This document shows positions 30,362 through 42,745 of a DNA stretch of 64,000 bases, piece by piece; position 1 is the first letter of the stretch; every line of letters starts with the position of its first letter. A program made the position numbers and the translations under genes. The stretch is taken from NCBI GenBank assembly GCA_047240885.1, contig JBKTHK010000004.1, forward strand, positions 47 to 64,046. The letters run 5' to 3'. This DNA is from Slackia sp. Its GTDB lineage: Bacteria > Actinomycetota > Coriobacteriia > Coriobacteriales > Eggerthellaceae. The notes under the pieces are model-generated. The model saw only the letters and a list, made by a program, of their open reading frames with translations, made no database searches and was not told where the DNA came from.

Positions 30362-32935
30362 TTACGCCTCCATCGAGGCTTCGTAGTCTTCCTTCACCAC
30401 GGCTTCGATGAGCGTTTCGTCGGCAACGTCTTCGGAGAGTGTCACTACGGCGCGCTTCGCATCCAAATCGACATCGGCGCGCTCGACGCCCGGCACTTCT
30501 TCGAGCGCCTTTTTCACATGGGCCACGCAACGGGGGCACATCATTCCTTCGACATGCAACGTCTTTTCCATGGGTTTCTCCTTCTCGTCGTTTTCGACTT
30601 CTTCATCGTTTTGGCGACGGCCCAACGTGCCATCGGCCCCAATCTCATCATGCGCCGAGTATTCCGTCGGCTTCCACCTGCGTAGACGAAGGGCGTTGCT
30701 TACCACGCACACCGAACTTAGCTCATGGCCGCGGCTCATCATGGGGCGGTCGGCGTCACTCCCGCCAGGCCAACGCGCCGGCAGCAATGGGGATGCGGTG
30801 GCGGCATTGTATATCGCGCCCAGATCGTTCTGTTTGATTACGCATGGTTAGCGAAAGCTGGATGGCGCAGGCCACGTCCAGCAAGTCGCGCATCAGCACC
30901 TATCGGCGCATCCATGGCAATACCCGTGCCGGCGCAAATCGCTATCCCCTCGGCGCGGGCGAGCGCGGGCGCGTCATTGATGCCGTCGCCCACCATGGCA
31001 ACGGCGCGAGCCCTCTTCGCAAGGCGCCAACTTCGCGCTCCTTATCCGCAGGCAATACGCCGGCTATCACGCGATCGACGGGACATGCCCTCTGAACGGC
31101 AAGGGCAGTCCTTTCGCCATCGCCCGTCATCATGACCGTAGCAATGCCCATGGCGGAAAGCGCCTTCACGGCCTGAGCACTCGTAGGCTTCACCGCGTCC
31201 GCCACTGCCGCCATGCCCACAACGGAGCCATCCTTCGCCACGAACAGGGGCGTAGCGCCTTCGTCTGCCGCGCGCTCTCCCGCAAGAGCGAACTCACCCA
31301 AAGCGATAGCGCAACTTTCCATAAGACGCGCATTGCCCACCATGTAGCGGGACGACCCGACAGCAGCGCTTACGCCACCCCCTTCGAACTGGGAAAACTC
31401 CTTCGCTTCAGGAATAGCCACCTCTTGCTTACCCGCATAATCGACGAGAGCCTTCGCCAACGGATGCTCGGAATAGCGCTCGACCGCCGCCGCAGACGCT
31501 ACAAGCTCGCGCTCGTCTGCGCCTTCAGCGCACGTGAAAGAAACAACGCTAGGGTGTCCCTGCGTAATGGTCCCCGTCTTGTCGAGCACGACGGTCTTCA
31601 CGTCGTGGGCGGTTTCCAGCGCCTCGGCCGACTTGATGAGGATGCCGCATGCCGCCCCGCGCCCCGTGCCCACCATGATGGCCGTGGGCGTGCCAGGCCG
31701 AGCGCGCACGGACACGAAATGACCAGCACCGAGAGGGCGTGCAAGCGCCGTCCAAACCCGGCCCCCATTGCAACCACCCTTTTCGCCACGAGAGCAACGA
31801 CCATGACCACAAAAACCGCCGCTCACTTTGTCGGCAATCTTTCGATGGGCGCTGAGCTTGTTGCCTCATCCACCATGCGGATGATGCCCGCCAGCGCCGT
31901 ATCTTCCCACGTGCTCCGCACGAAGAACCATCAGCGAACGGCTGACCGTCGCACCGATGGCGCGGTCGCCCGTTCTATAAACCAGATTGCTCTCGCCCGT
32001 GGTAATGATTCGTCCACGGCAGCAGAACCCTCGATCACCACGCCGTCCACGGGCACGCTCGCGCCCGTGCGCACAACCAGCTCGTCACCCACCTGCACAT
32101 CCTCGATGGGGACCTCTCGCTCTTCCCCGTCCACGCGCAGCACCGCCGTCTTAGGGGAAAGGTCCATAAGAGACGTCACCGCATCGGTCGTCTTTCCCTT
32201 CGCGCGCGCTTCGAAATACTTACCCAACGTGATGTGCGTGAGAATCATAGCGGCGGATTCGAAATACAAGTCCAGGGCGAAAGCGTGCGCCGCCTCGACC
32301 TGCCCCGCGCCAAGCGCATAGCCCATGCGATACAGCGCATAAACGCCATACAGCGTGGAGGCGGTAGAGCCCAGCGCTATGAGCGAGTCCATATTGGGAG
32401 CGCCATGTGCCAAGCTGGCAAAGCCGACCTTGAAGAACTTGAAGTTGACGAAGACAACAGGCAGCAAAAGCAGAAATTCCGTCAGCGCAAGCGGCAAGAC
32501 GGTTTCCGCGCCCGAGAAAAACGGCGGCATGGGCCAACCGAACATGTGGCCCATGGAAAGGTAGAACAAAGGAATAGTAAATACAAAGGACACGATGAGG
32601 CGCGTGCGCATCTGCTTGCGTTCCGCTTCGGCGCGCTGCTGCGGGCCGGTTCGTTGCGCCGAACGAGACGAAGCCCCACTTGACGACAAGCCCGCGGCCG
32701 CAAGGCCGCTTCCACGAACCTCGGCGCCGTAGCCCGCATGGCTCACCGCCGCGCACACGGCATCATCTACGCGCCTCATTGCCGCAGGCGTTTCGTCCGC
32801 ATACGAAACCTCCATGCTGTTTTTGAGCAGATTGACGGCAACATCCTGTACGCCCTCCACAGCACGCGTCGCTTTCTCGACGCGTGCCGAGCACGCCGCG
32901 CAGGTCATTCCCGTAATGTCGAACGTTTGCTTCAT
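30362..32935 (-). CDS. copA: Cu(I)-exporting P1B ATPase with N- and C-terminal HMA domains (multiple frameshifts)
   Basis: GMTCAAC, PNMDSL, YFES, CPCALGLA, DKTGT, SEHP, TGD and SNALRL spread over several frames; terminal GMMCPRC domain. Confidence 0.9.
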
Positions 32936-32938
32936 GGC

Positions 32939-33301
32939 CTAGCCAAACCTTTTGATGAGCTGCATGACTTCGTCGACCACTTCGACGTTGCCATTGCGAA
33001 TCTGTTCGACCACGCATGTTTCGAGATGATCCTGCAAAATGATTTCCGAAATGCGACGGATTGACGACTCCGAAGCAGAGAGCTGCATGAGCACGTCTCC
33101 GCAGTAGCGATTATCCTCAATCATGGCCTTCACGCCGTTGAGCTGGCCGATCGCGCGATTGAGACGCTTCTGGATGTCCGACTGAAGCTCTGCCGCTCGT
33201 TCGGTGTCCTTATGCCTGCATGCGCCGCATTGCTGGGTCTTACCCGATGCCGCCGCATTCTGCTTGCCCATACAGCACAAATCCTGCTCGTGTGCCTCCA
33301 T
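32939..33301 (-). CDS. csoR: CsoR-family copper-sensing repressor
   Basis: RLNRAIGQLNGV..MIE...YCGDVL.Q..HLETCV (Cys-His-Cys ligands); directly upstream of copA. Confidence 0.92.
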   Translation of the reverse strand: MEAHEQDLCCMGKQNAAASGKTQQCGACRHKDTERAAELQSDIQKRLNRAIGQLNGVKAMIEDNRYCGDVLMQLSASESSIRRISEIILQDHLETCVVEQIRNGNVEVVDEVMQLIKRFG

Positions 33302-33311
33302 AGCGTCCTCC

Positions 33312-33365
33312 TATGCCCCTCTAGGGTATTGGATTTTTGAAAGGAGTATACCCCTTGAGGGTATA
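33312..33365. promoter_or_regulatory. Two CsoR operator-like palindromes
   Basis: TATACCC-CTTGA-GGGTATA at 33347-33365 and TATGCCC-CTCTA-GGGTATT at 33312-33330. Confidence 0.8.
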
Positions 33366-33452
33366 TTGAACAAGCGCCGAGAAATCGGGACCTCGAAGCG
33401 CTTTCCAAAATAGGGAGAATCACGAAAGGCCCGCTGCAGGCGCAAACGCAAA

Positions 33453-33483
33453 CAGGGGGCGCTCCTTTCGGAAACGCCCCCTG
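33453..33483 (-). terminator. Terminator after clpB
   Basis: CAGGGGGCG...CGCCCCCTG hairpin. Confidence 0.65.
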
Positions 33484-33577
33484 CTCAAGGACTTCGCGAC
33501 ATACTGCCTTATTGCGATTACGCATGCGGCGCCTTAAGCGGCCTTTGCCCAGGACAACTGCTCGCCATTCGCGCGTC

Positions 33578-36280
33578 TTACGCCTCAGGCACCTCGTAGG
33601 AGCCGTCGGCGGCATCCTCATGCACGCTTTCCACAACCTGCGGCGCCTCCACCGTGCAAGTGTAGCCGTCCATGATGTCCATATCGATGACGACCTTGGA
33701 GCCTTCCAACACATGGCCCGCAATCATCTCGTTGGCAACGCGATCGACAACCTCGCGCTGGACCAGGCGCTTCAGCGGACGTGCACCATATACGGGATCG
33801 TAGCCGTCGATGGCAAGCTGTTCGACAGCGGCGGGCTTGACCTCGAGGTCGATGCGACGCTCAGCAAGGCGCTCGCGCACCTTGACGAGCTGCAGGTTCA
33901 CAATCGGCTCGATTTCGGCAGACGTCAGCGCATTGAACGTGATCACGTCGTCGATGCGGTTGAGGAATTCGGGGCGGAACGTGTTGCGCAACGCCTCGTC
34001 AACCTGGGTCTGTAGCTCGGCGATCTTTTTCGCCATAGCAGCCATGTCACCCTGCATCATATCCTCAACCATGGAGCCCATGCTCTCGTTCTGGCGGCTG
34101 AACTCGCGAATAGCCTGAGAACCGACATTGCTCGTCATGATGATGATCGTGTTCTTGAAGCTGACTACACGACCCTGGCCATCGGTCAGGCGGCCGTCAT
34201 CAAGTACCTGCAGCAAAATGTTGAAGACGTCCTGGTGGGCCTTCTCCATCTCGTCGAGCAGGATGACGCTGTACGGCCTGCGACGCACGGCCTCGGTCAG
34301 CTGGCCGCCTTCCTCATAGCCCACGTATCCCGGAGGAGCGCCGATCAAACGCTGCACGCTGAATTTCTCCATGTACTCGGACATGTCGATACGCACCATG
34401 GCGCGTTCGTCGTCGAAGAGGTATTCGGCCAACGCCTTCGCAAGCTCCGTCTTACCCACGCCCGTGGGACCGAGGAAAAGGAAGCTGCCGATGGGGCGGT
34501 CGGGGTCGGACAGGCCCGCGCGGCTGCGGCGGATGGCGCTTGCCACAGCGGATACCGCCTCGTCCTGGCCCACCACGCGCTCGTGCAGCTTGACTTCCAA
34601 GTCCATGAGCTTAGACATCTCGCCCTGCATCATCTTGACAGGAATGCCCGTCCATGCGCTTACCACCTCGGCGATTTCTCGGAAACCTCCTTTCAGAATG
34701 GCGCCATCGCGCAGCGGCGCTTGCAGCGCTTCTGCACCAGCAAGCAATGCTACAGCTCAGGAATGCGCGCATACGAATCTCGAAGCCCTGGACAGGTCAA
34801 ACTCGCTTGCCTGCTCCTCTTCTACGTGCGCGGCATCGATATCGGCCTTCAGGCGCTGCACGCTTTCGATGACGTCTTTCTCGTTGCGCCATTCGGCCTT
34901 GCGAGCATCCAGCCACTCTTTGGAGGTTGCCATCTGGCGGCGCAAATCCTCAAGACGCTCTGCGCTCGCGGGGTCGCTTTCCTTCATAAGCGCCTGCTCT
35001 TCGATTTGCATCTGCGTATACCTACGCTGTGCCTCGTCGATTTCTTGCGGCATGGAATCGATCTCTATGCGAAGGCGGCTGGCGGCTTCGTCCATGAGGT
35101 CGATGGCCTTGTCGGGCAGGAAACGGTCGGAGATGTAGCGGTTGGAAAGCTCCGCGGCAGACACAATGGCCGAATCGGTAATACGAACGCCGTGGTGGAT
35201 TTCGTACTTCTCCTTCAGGCCACGCAGGATGGCGATGGTGTCCTCCACCGTAGGCTCGCCCACCAGCACCGTCTGGAAGCGGCGCTCGAGCGCAGCATCT
35301 TTCTCGATGTACTTGCGGTACTCGTCAAGCGTAGTGGCGCCGATGGCATGCAGCTCGCCGCGAGCCAATGCCGGCTTGAGCATGTTGCCCGCGTCCATGG
35401 AACTATCGCCCGTCGAGCCCGCGCCCACGATAGTGTGCAGCTCGTCGATGAACAAGATGATCCGCCCATCGCTCTGCTTCACTTCGCGCAACACGGCCTT
35501 CAAGCGGTCCTCGAATTCGCCGCGATATTTCGCGCCAGCAACCATAGCGCCCAAATCAAGCGCTACGATGTCGCGGTCGCGCAAGCTGGAGGGAACGTCT
35601 CCCGCCACAATGCGCTGCGCCAAGCCTTCCACGATAGCCGTCTTGCCGACGCCGGGCTCGCCAATGAGCACGGGGTTGTTCTTGGTGCGGCGAGAAAGCA
35701 CCTGGATGGTACGGCGAATCTCGTCAGAACGACCGATCACGGGATCGAGCTTGCCCTCGCGCGCCTGCTGCGTAAGGTTCTGGCCGTACGTGTTGAGAGC
35801 GTCAAGCTCAGGCTTGCTCTGCTGGTCGGTGATGCGCGTATCGCCGCGAAGGCTGTCGTATGCTTCCTCGATGTTCTTGCGCGTTACGCCTGCGCCGGTG
35901 AGAATCTTGCCCGCCTGACCCTTGTCTTCGGTCAGGGCAATGAGCAGATGCTCGCTCGTCGCATAGCTATCGCCCATCTTCTCGGCGATCTTCACCGAGT
36001 TATCGATAACGGAAATCAGGTTCTGGGTGGGAAGGGGCATGCCCATGACGCCGCCCGTGACCTTCGGTCCGTTCGCGATGGCGTCTTCCACGTTTGCTTT
36101 CAGCGCGGCAGGATCGGCGCCGACACGCTTGATGATGGCGGAGAGGTTGTTCTCCCCCGAATCGAGCAACGCCTTCAGCAGGTGAATGGTATCCACCGAC
36201 GCCGTTTCGGCATCGCCCGCAACGCCCATGGCACTCTGAAATGCCTCCTGGGCAGTCACTGCCAATTTGTCCAATCTCAT
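33578..36280 (-). CDS. clpB: Chaperone ClpB (disrupted around 34650-34800)
   Basis: [15 protein letters not shown]-domain coiled coil, [15 protein letters not shown] and YGARPL motifs. Confidence 0.95.
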
Positions 36281-36312
36281 GGCTGTCTCCTTCGTTGGAG
36301 TTCCAATGGTTC

Positions 36313-36699
36313 CTAATCGTTCATGCGACGAATGCTTACAACCTGGGGCTCAGGCAGCATGAGCGCCGTCACACTCGCCCTGGTCTCAAGCTCGTGCACG
36401 CGGTCCGCCAGACGACGAACCTTTTTGTGCAGATCGTCTATTTCCTCGTCGCGCTCTTCAAGCCTGCCTTTGAGGTCAAGAATGCGGATAACGCCGGCAA
36501 GGTTGATGCCTTCGCTCGTGAGCTCGTTGATGAGCTCGAGGCGTTCGATGTCCGCCTGCGAATACATACGCGTGTTTCCGCGCGTACGCTGAGGCGACAC
36601 AAGGCCTTTCTGCTCGTAAATCCTCAGCGTTTGCGGATGAACCCCCGCAAGCTCGGCGGCAACGCCGATCATGTACAGCGGCCTGTTACGGTCTTCCAT
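36313..36699 (-). CDS. hspR: MerR-family heat-shock repressor HspR
   Basis: [21 protein letters not shown]...GINLAGV; lies in the dnaK operon. Confidence 0.93.
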   Translation of the reverse strand: MEDRNRPLYMIGVAAELAGVHPQTLRIYEQKGLVSPQRTRGNTRMYSQADIERLELINELTSEGINLAGVIRILDLKGRLEERDEEIDDLHKKVRRLADRVHELETRASVTALMLPEPQVVSIRRMND

Positions 36700-36714
36700 G
36701 GCTCGTTGCCTCCT

Positions 36715-37684
36715 TTACGCCGTCAATCCCGCACGAACATCGACGCCCTTCGCCTCACACGCAGCCTGGAAATCTTCCATGGCCTTTTTCTGCTCGGGCG
36801 AAGGTCTTTGGGCATTTCCACATGCAGCGTAATGCGCAGCGAACCCTGCGGGCCGCCCTTCACGTCGGGAGCGCCCTTGCCCCCACACGCAGCTGGGTGC
36901 CCTCCTGCGAACCGGCAGGAACTTTAATGCGAATCTTGGTTCCGTCGGGCGCGGGCACCACGATATTTGCGCCAAGCACCGCCTCCGACACGGTGACGGG
37001 CACCGTCATGAGGACGTCCGCCCCATCGCGCGAATAGATTGGGTGATCGCTAATCTTCGTGGTGACCAGCAAGTCTCCGTTCGCGCCGCCATTTGCGCCA
37101 GCGGCGCCCTTGCCGCGGAAGCGAACGCGGCCGCCGCTCACGGCACCAGCAGGAACTTTCACATCAAGCGTTTCGGCGGCAGAAGAGCCAGGAACCTTCA
37201 CGCTCACTTTTTTCGTGCAGCCCCTAAACGCCTCGTCAAAGCTCACGTTCAGCGTGACGTTCATGTCGCGACCCTGTTGCGGGCGCTGTGTACGCTGTTG
37301 CCCGAAGCCGGACCCTCCGAAACCGCCGCCGAAGATATCGTTGATATCCCAGCTGCTGCCGAACGCGCCTTCACCGCGACGAATGCTCTCGAGGATATCT
37401 GCCCAGCTGCCGGCGCCCGCAAACGGATTCTGGCCAGCGCCCGCGCCACCCCATCCGTACGGAATGCGGTTTTCGTCCGCCGTTCCATACTGGTCGTAGA
37501 GCTTGCGCTTCTTTTCGTCACCCAGCACTTCGTAGGCCTCGTTGATTTCTTTGAACTTGGCCTCGTCGCCGCCGGCATCGGGATGGTGCGTACGAGCAAG
37601 CTTGCGGTACGCCTTCTTTATCTCATCGGCGGTGGCGGTTTTGGACACGCCGAGAATCTTGTAATAATCCGGTGTTGCTGCCAC
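36715..37684 (-). CDS. dnaJ: Class B DnaJ (no zinc finger); frameshifted near 36790-36875
   Basis: J domain with HPD, G/F-rich linker and C-terminal domain; no CxxCxGxG repeats. Confidence 0.88.
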
Positions 37685-37800
37685 GACCGGCCACCTTCCT
37701 TTCTTATTCGTTCATGCGCCTGTAACGATTTCGTTATTGCATCGTTACCAGGCGCTTTCTACAACGAAGGCGGACTGTGCGCCCGCCTTCGAAACTCGTA

Positions 37801-38490
37801 TTATTCTTCTTCCGCCTCGCGCTTCGGGCCGCCGGAGGAGATGGTCACCATGGCGGGACGAAGGACCTTCTTGCCCAAGCGATAGCCCTTCTGGTAAACC
37901 TGAGCCACCGTTTCGTCCGGCACGCTTGCGTCTTCGACCGTGGCTACGGCCTGGTGCTCAAGCGCGTCGAAGGCTTCGCCGGCGGGATCGATCGCCTGCA
38001 AACCGTGCTTTGCAAACACCTGCGTGACCTTGGAGCTGATGGCCTTCACGCCATCAAGCAGGCCTTCTTCGCCGTTTTGCTCGGCATGGGCAATCGCACG
38101 CTCGAAATCGTCGAGCACGGGAAGCACGTCTTCCATGAGCTTCTCCGCCGCACGGACTTTCATATCCGCAGCCTCTTCGGCCGTACGCTTGCGGTAGTTG
38201 TCCCATTCGGCCTGAAGGCGCAGATAGCGATCCTTCATGGCAGCAGCCTCGGCCTCTGCGGCGGCAACGCGTTCGGCATCCGCCACAACGGCTTCGGCCT
38301 CTGCCGCGATGTCTTCAGCCTCTTCGGAAACCTCGTCCTCCGCAGCTGCGGTTTCAGCCTGAGCAGCCTCTTCGGGCGCTTCGGGAGCGGCGGAAGCGCA
38401 CTCGGTGCCTCCGCACTCCTTCTCTTCAGCGCCTTCGATGGGAATCTCTCGAGCGTCGTGCTCGGGGGTGTTCTTCTCGTCGGCAGCCAT
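37801..38490 (-). CDS. grpE: Nucleotide exchange factor GrpE
   Basis: RLQAEWDNYRKR, LPVLDDFERA and QKGY..LRPAMV motifs. Confidence 0.96.
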   Translation of the reverse strand: MAADEKNTPEHDAREIPIEGAEEKECGGTECASAAPEAPEEAAQAETAAAEDEVSEEAEDIAAEAEAVVADAERVAAAEAEAAAMKDRYLRLQAEWDNYRKRTAEEAADMKVRAAEKLMEDVLPVLDDFERAIAHAEQNGEEGLLDGVKAISSKVTQVFAKHGLQAIDPAGEAFDALEHQAVATVEDASVPDETVAQVYQKGYRLGKKVLRPAMVTISSGGPKREAEEE

Positions 38491-38492
38491 GA

Positions 38493-40406
38493 TTACTTAC
38501 CTTCGTTCTTGTCGTCGACAACCTCGTAGTCAGCCCCGATCGGACCGTCGTCCGCCGGGTTTGCGGCACCTGCAGCACCTGCGCCCGCAGCGCCTTCTGC
38601 CTGCTGGGAGCTGTAGACGACCTCGGCCAGCTTGTAGCCCGCCTGCTGGAGCTTCTCACCCGCGGCCTTGATGGCCTCGATGTCGGTGCCTTCAAGCGCG
38701 GTGCGGGCCTCGGCGATGGCGGCCTCGGCGGCAGCCTTCGTGTCGGCGGGAACCTTGTCGCCCAGCTCGGAAAGCGTCTGCTCGGTGGCGTTCACCAAGG
38801 AGTCGGTGTTGTTGCGAGCCTCGGCCTCTTCCTTGCGCTTGGCGTCTTCGTCGGCATGAGCCTCGGCGTCTTTCACCATGCGATCGACTTCGTCATCGGA
38901 CAAAGCGGTAGAGCCGGAGATGGTGATCTGCTGCTGCTTGCCAGTGCCCAGGTCCTTAGCGGAAACGTTCACGATGCCATTGGCGTCGATGTCGAACGTA
39001 ACCTCGATCTGGGGCACGCCGCGGCGAGCTGCGGGGATGCCGGTGAGCTGGAAGCGGCCCAGGGTCTTGTTGTCGTTTGCCATCTGGCGCTCGCCCTGCA
39101 GAACGTGAATCTCAACGGAGGTCTGGTTGTCGGCCGCCGTGGAGTACACCTCGGTCTTGCGGGTAGGGATGGTGGTGTTGCGCTCGATCATCTTGGTCAT
39201 GACGCCGCCCATGGTCTCAACGCCCAGGGAAAGCGGGGTAACGTCCAGGAGCAGGATACCCTCGACGTCGCCGGAAAGAACGCCGCCCTGAACAGCCGCG
39301 CCAATAGCAACAACCTCGTCCGGGTTCACGGACATGTTAGGAGCCTTGCCGGTCATGGTCTTGGCGAGCTCCTGCACGGCGGGCATACGGGTGGAACCGC
39401 CGACCAGGATGACCTCGTCGATCTGACCGGTGGAAAGACCGGCGTCCTTGAGGGCGCGCTCGACAGGCTGCTTGCAGCGATCGAGCAGGTCTTTGGTGAT
39501 GCGCTCGAACTCCGCGCGAGTCAGGGTGTAGTCAAGATGCTTCGGACCGGTTGCATCAGCGGTGATGAAGGGCAGATTGACGTTTGCCTGAGTGGTGCTG
39601 GAAAGCTCCATCTTGGCCTTTTCCGCCGCTTCCTTCAGGCGCTGCAGGGCCATGGGGTCTGCCTTGAGGTCGATGCCGCCGTTGTCTGCCTTGAACTTGT
39701 CAGCCATCCAATCGATGACGCGCTGGTCCCAGTCGTCGCCGCCGAGGTGGTTATCGCCCGCGGTGGACAGAACCTCGAAGACGCCGTCGCCCAGCTCGAG
39801 CACGGACACGTCGAAGGTGCCGCCGCCCAGGTCGAAGACGAGAATCTTCTGGTCCTTCTCAACCTTGTCCATACCGTACGCCAAAGCGGCTGCGGTGGGC
39901 TCGTTGATGATGCGCTTGACATCAAGACCGGCGATCTTGCCTGCGTCCTTGGTTGCCTGGCGCTGAGCGTCGTTGAAGTATGCGGGAACGGTGATGACAG
40001 CCTCAGTGATGGGGGCGCCAACCTGCTTTTCGGCGTCAGCCTTCAGCTTCTGCAGAACCATGGCAGAAATCTCTTCGGGGGTGTAGTCCTTGCCATCGAT
40101 GTCTACGACAGCGCGGCCGTCCTTGCCGGAAACAACCTTGTACGCGACGGTCTTCTGCTCTTCGGCGGTTTCGGCGAAGTTGCGGCCGATAAAGCGCTTG
40201 ACGGAGGAAACAGTGTTCTGCGGGTTGGTGACCGCCTGGTTCTGTGCGGCCTTGCCGACTACGCGCTCGCCGTCCTTGCGGAAGCCCTCAACGGAGGGGG
40301 TGGTGCGATCGCCCTCGGCATTGACCAGGATGGTGGGCTCGTTGCCCTCCATAACAGCCATGGCGGAGTTGGTGGTGCCAAGGTCGATACCAAGAATCTT
40401 ACCCAT
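38493..40406 (-). CDS. dnaK: Chaperone DnaK
   Basis: [25 protein letters not shown] and NPDEVVA motifs. Confidence 0.99.
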   Translation of the reverse strand: MGKILGIDLGTTNSAMAVMEGNEPTILVNAEGDRTTPSVEGFRKDGERVVGKAAQNQAVTNPQNTVSSVKRFIGRNFAETAEEQKTVAYKVVSGKDGRAVVDIDGKDYTPEEISAMVLQKLKADAEKQVGAPITEAVITVPAYFNDAQRQATKDAGKIAGLDVKRIINEPTAAALAYGMDKVEKDQKILVFDLGGGTFDVSVLELGDGVFEVLSTAGDNHLGGDDWDQRVIDWMADKFKADNGGIDLKADPMALQRLKEAAEKAKMELSSTTQANVNLPFITADATGPKHLDYTLTRAEFERITKDLLDRCKQPVERALKDAGLSTGQIDEVILVGGSTRMPAVQELAKTMTGKAPNMSVNPDEVVAIGAAVQGGVLSGDVEGILLLDVTPLSLGVETMGGVMTKMIERNTTIPTRKTEVYSTAADNQTSVEIHVLQGERQMANDNKTLGRFQLTGIPAARRGVPQIEVTFDIDANGIVNVSAKDLGTGKQQQITISGSTALSDDEVDRMVKDAEAHADEDAKRKEEAEARNNTDSLVNATEQTLSELGDKVPADTKAAAEAAIAEARTALEGTDIEAIKAAGEKLQQAGYKLAEVVYSSQQAEGAAGAGAAGAANPADDGPIGADYEVVDDKNEGK

Positions 40407-40639
40407 ATGTATCAGTCCTTCCTTTGGTGCGAAACCGCCTGGCGCTACGCCAAACTTTCTTTCGGCTTCAGGCGTTCACCCTGCCGATTGTCCGACGTGC
40501 GCTTCAAGCGGTTCCGCGTGGCGGTTTCCCGCCGACTGTTATTGCCTCGTTTGAGCGGCCCATCCGGATGCCGCCGCGCAATGGCGGGCTAGACGCTGGG
40601 CCTGCACCTTCGGGGCTTAACCCTTTCGGTACGATTGCC

Positions 40640-40670
40640 AATATAAAATCTAAGTCTAACGTTGTCAACT
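40640..40670 (-). promoter_or_regulatory. dnaK promoter overlapped by a degenerate HAIR-like (HspR) operator
   Basis: Minus strand TTGACA-17 nt-TATATT. TCTAAGT-N7-TGTCAAC resembles the HAIR consensus CTTGAGT-N7-ACTCAAG. Confidence 0.7.
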
Positions 40671-41032
40671 TATCTCACAATTAATTCGGCATGTTACCTA
40701 AACGTCATTTTCGCTGATAATTTGGAAGGCGGAGGCACATGCAAGAAGAATAGGAAGCAGAAACGATTCACCGAAAACGCCGCAGACGGAGCCGAGCGGA
40801 ATTTGCCAAAGATGCCGCAGCGGAAACCCGAACCAGCCGGCTCACCCCTCTCTAAACGAAAACCGCCGCCTGCAGGAACACCAGCAGACGGCGGCAAGGG
40901 CGCCCGCCCAAAAGAGGGAGGGGGAAGGCGGGCGCTACGGCCATGAAGCCAATCGTTATTCAGTTAGAAGACGGCGCCCAAAGGCGCGTCCGTGCGCGAT
41001 GCAAGAAAAACCTCGCCGAGCGAACGCGCGGC

Positions 41033-42745
41033 TTACAAATCACCCGCAAGCTTGCGCGCAACATGGCGACCTTGAACCGAAGAGCGACCCGATGCCACGC
41101 CTACAATGTATTCGGGGTAATTGCCCGAGAAGAAACTGCCCGACACATCGCCTGCGGCATAGAAGCCTTGAATCGGCTCGTTTTTCGCGTCGAGAACACG
41201 GCACTCTTCGTCTATCTTCAAGCCATCGAGCGTGGTGAGCAACGTTCCTCCAAACCACAAACCGTAAAACGGCGCAGTGCGAAGAGCGGAAAGGCGGTAG
41301 GCCTCTTTGCCGAAATCGTCATCAGCCTGAGCGTCAAACTGAGCATTGTAGCGTTCCACCTGTTCGAGGAATGCCTCCTTCGCCTCGCCCTCGAAACCAA
41401 GTTGATCGGCAAGCTCTTCAAGGGTATCGGCCTTTTTCAAGATGCCGGCGTCCTTCGACGCCGCCACGAATTCTTCAAGAGGCATGCCGGCGGCCATCAT
41501 CTGCTTCGCGAAGCCAGAGCATCCCATGGTGTCGAAACGCAAGATATCTTCGGGGGCATTCGCGTCGAATACTTCGCACCATACGCCGCCCGGCTGTTGG
41601 CCCGCCTGGAAGCACAGGAAATCGTACGGGGTGGATTCGTTGCAGAAACGTACGCCCCTGCGATTCACCTTCATAAACGGCTGGCTGCCGATGTTCTCCT
41701 GGAAAATGGTCCCGGGAAACGCCGCATCATCGCCGTCGCCAAGATATCCGCAATCCACGCCTGCATCAACCGCGCCGCGATCGAAAATCATCGGAGCGGG
41801 GTCGGCATCTTTCACGCCGCCGGCCCAAATGCCCGCACGCAGGCCCAAGCCGTCATCCGAAAGATAATAGCTCGATGCCGTGCAGCATCCAACGGCGGCG
41901 CTCTGGAGGGACCTCATCATGGCAGGATTCGCGGGATAGCCGCCCGTCGCAAGCAACGTGTCCTTCGCCTTGATGCGCACGTAGCCCTCGTCCGTCTCGA
42001 ACACCGCGCCCGTAACAGCACCTTCGGCATGGTCCAACTTGACGAGCGCATGCTTGAATCGAACGCTGTCGGCCGCCTTTTGCTGCACATGCTCAAGAAG
42101 CACGTCGTTGCGCATGGGAGGCTGATACGGAGTCATGAAAATATGCTGAAGCACCGGGGTCATGTAGTCGGTGCCGCCCGTGGCGTGATCGCCCGGCATA
42201 TCGACGACGACCTGCTTGCCCTGCGCCGTCATCATGGCGTCGACCCAATCGAACGTCTCGGCCGATTCGTCGATCCACATCTTAATAAGACCTTGGTTGC
42301 ATTTGCCCGACGCATAGCGAGTGAGTTCGTTGAGAAGCTTCATGCCGTCCACTTCGCCACCCTGGGCAAGCGCAGGCTTGGAATTCACGATGCCCCAATA
42401 TTCGCGCGTTTCGGGAACCTTGTCGTTTTTCTCGGCCACGATGAACTTCATGCCCGCATCGGCCGCAGTGCCCGCCGCGCATAAACCTGCCGTGCCTGCG
42501 CCGATAATCAAAAAGTCCGTTTCTTCGGTCTTCACGATGTCGGCATCGGCGATTTCGGGTTCTTGGCCAAGCCATGCAGGAGCATCGGCCACCACATCGG
42601 CCTTTGCTTCGACCGTTTCGGAAGCGCCCTTCGGCGCACACCCCGTCATTCCTGCCCCGACAACAGCTGCGCCCGCCAAAGCAGCACCCGTGACAAAATT
42701 GCGACGCGTCATGCGTGCGACGCTCCCCTGATTCTTTTTACTCAT
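41033..42745 (-). CDS. Tat-exported lipoprotein flavin reductase (second paralog)
   Basis: TRRNFV twin-Arg signal, MTGC lipobox, IIGAGTAG, ATGGY, RFCNE and GFYAAGD motifs. Confidence 0.92.
   Translation of the reverse strand: MSKKNQGSVARMTRRNFVTGAALAGAAVVGAGMTGCAPKGASETVEAKADVVADAPAWLGQEPEIADADIVKTEETDFLIIGAGTAGLCAAGTAADAGMKFIVAEKNDKVPETREYWGIVNSKPALAQGGEVDGMKLLNELTRYASGKCNQGLIKMWIDESAETFDWVDAMMTAQGKQVVVDMPGDHATGGTDYMTPVLQHIFMTPYQPPMRNDVLLEHVQQKAADSVRFKHALVKLDHAEGAVTGAVFETDEGYVRIKAKDTLLATGGYPANPAMMRSLQSAAVGCCTASSYYLSDDGLGLRAGIWAGGVKDADPAPMIFDRGAVDAGVDCGYLGDGDDAAFPGTIFQENIGSQPFMKVNRRGVRFCNESTPYDFLCFQAGQQPGGVWCEVFDANAPEDILRFDTMGCSGFAKQMMAAGMPLEEFVAASKDAGILKKADTLEELADQLGFEGEAKEAFLEQVERYNAQFDAQADDDFGKEAYRLSALRTAPFYGLWFGGTLLTTLDGLKIDEECRVLDAKNEPIQGFYAAGDVSGSFFSGNYPEYIVGVASGRSSVQGRHVARKLAGDL

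Noticed and set aside
25139..37684. Apparent mass pseudogenisation or programmed frameshifting (surface protein, copA, clpB, dnaJ; also psiE, HAD, adhesin and cytochrome elsewhere)
   Set aside because: The breaks are small indels, often in short runs, in conserved genes with otherwise intact motifs. Sequencing or assembly error is the simplest explanation; read polishing would confirm it.
34235..40592. Long plus-strand ORFs (693 aa, 578 aa) and similar ORFs opposite the pilin, adhesin and flavoprotein genes
   Set aside because: Antisense shadows of GC-rich genes with no recognisable motifs.
40860..40940. ncRNA between the dnaK promoter and flavoprotein 2
   Set aside because: Two GC hairpins followed by a T run on the minus strand are adequately explained as the flavoprotein terminator.
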